Assembly (NCBI RefSeq): GCF_004010195.1
Contig: NC_057719.1
Coordinates: forward strand, 3,108,286 to 3,171,796
From: Chiloscyllium plagiosum
Lineage: Eukaryota
Direction: 5' to 3'
Length of the DNA stretch: 63,511 nucleotides
Both the position numbers and the translations under genes were made by a program. Positions 63,001 to 63,511 of this stretch are shown here, piece after piece (positions within the stretch are counted from its first letter, which is position 1; the number at the start of each line of letters is the position of its first letter). The notes under the pieces are model-generated. The model worked only from the letters and a program-made list of their open reading frames with translations, had not been told where the DNA came from and searched no databases.

Positions 63001-63511
63001 CTCTCCCTATAGCTCAAACCCTCCAATCCTGGCAACACCCTTGTAAATCTTTTCTGAACCCTTTCAAGTTTCACAACATCTTTCCAATAGGAAGGAGACC
63101 AGAATTGCATGCAATATTCCAACAGTGGCCTAACCAGTGTCCTGTACAGCCACAACATGACCTCCCAACTCCTGTGCTCAATACTCTGACCAATAAAGGA
63201 AAGCATACCAAATGCCTTCTTCACTATCCTATCAATAAAGGTAAGTGTGCCAAACCTTCACTATCCTATCCACCTGCTATTCCAATTTCAAGGAGCTATG
63301 AACCTTCACTCCAAGGTCTTTTTGTTCAGCAACACTCCCCAGGACCTTACCATTAAGTGTATAAGTCCTGACCTGAAATGCCTTTCTGAAATGCAGCATC
63401 TCACATTTATCTGAATTAAACTCCATCTGCCACTTCTCAGCCCATTGGCACATCTGGTCAAGATCTTATTGTAATCTGAGGTAACCTGCTTCGCTGTCCA
63501 CTATACCTCCA
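60075..63511 (-). mobile_element. Array of at least four CR1 fragments (60075-60555, 60556-61790, 61795-62215, 62296-63511)
   Basis: Repeated CR1 ORF2 C-terminal motifs; Penelope-like insert at 61115-61266 with near-TSD CAAATGTG(A/G)TCTG. Confidence 0.85.
62375..62649 (-). mobile_element. HE1-type SINE inserted in a CR1 3' UTR
   Basis: Complete head GGCGGCACGGTGGCACAGTGG; CTAATC on both sides. Confidence 0.88.

Overview
Repeat-dense eukaryotic DNA with scaffold gaps, almost certainly from a shark (inferred from HE1-type tRNA-derived SINEs and many CR1 LINE subfamilies). Nearly all ORFs in the supplied track are transposon fragments or low-complexity noise. One host gene is recognisable, and the ORF track missed it because it is short: a 49-aa single-pass membrane microprotein at 42523-42672 (+) closely matching TUNAR/megamind (pTUNAR/BNLN). 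It has a splice acceptor just upstream and a probable CpG-rich first exon about 11 kb upstream. Other notable content: several Penelope-like terminal modules carrying minimal hammerhead-ribozyme motifs with covarying stems, a Gmr1-type Gypsy remnant (integrase before RT), a Harbinger transposase relic, a 50-bp satellite with internal inversions, a 70-bp satellite, and an ~870-bp direct duplication bracketing the TUNAR coding exon. Repeat boundaries are approximate, and family names come from recognition by eye, not from database searches.
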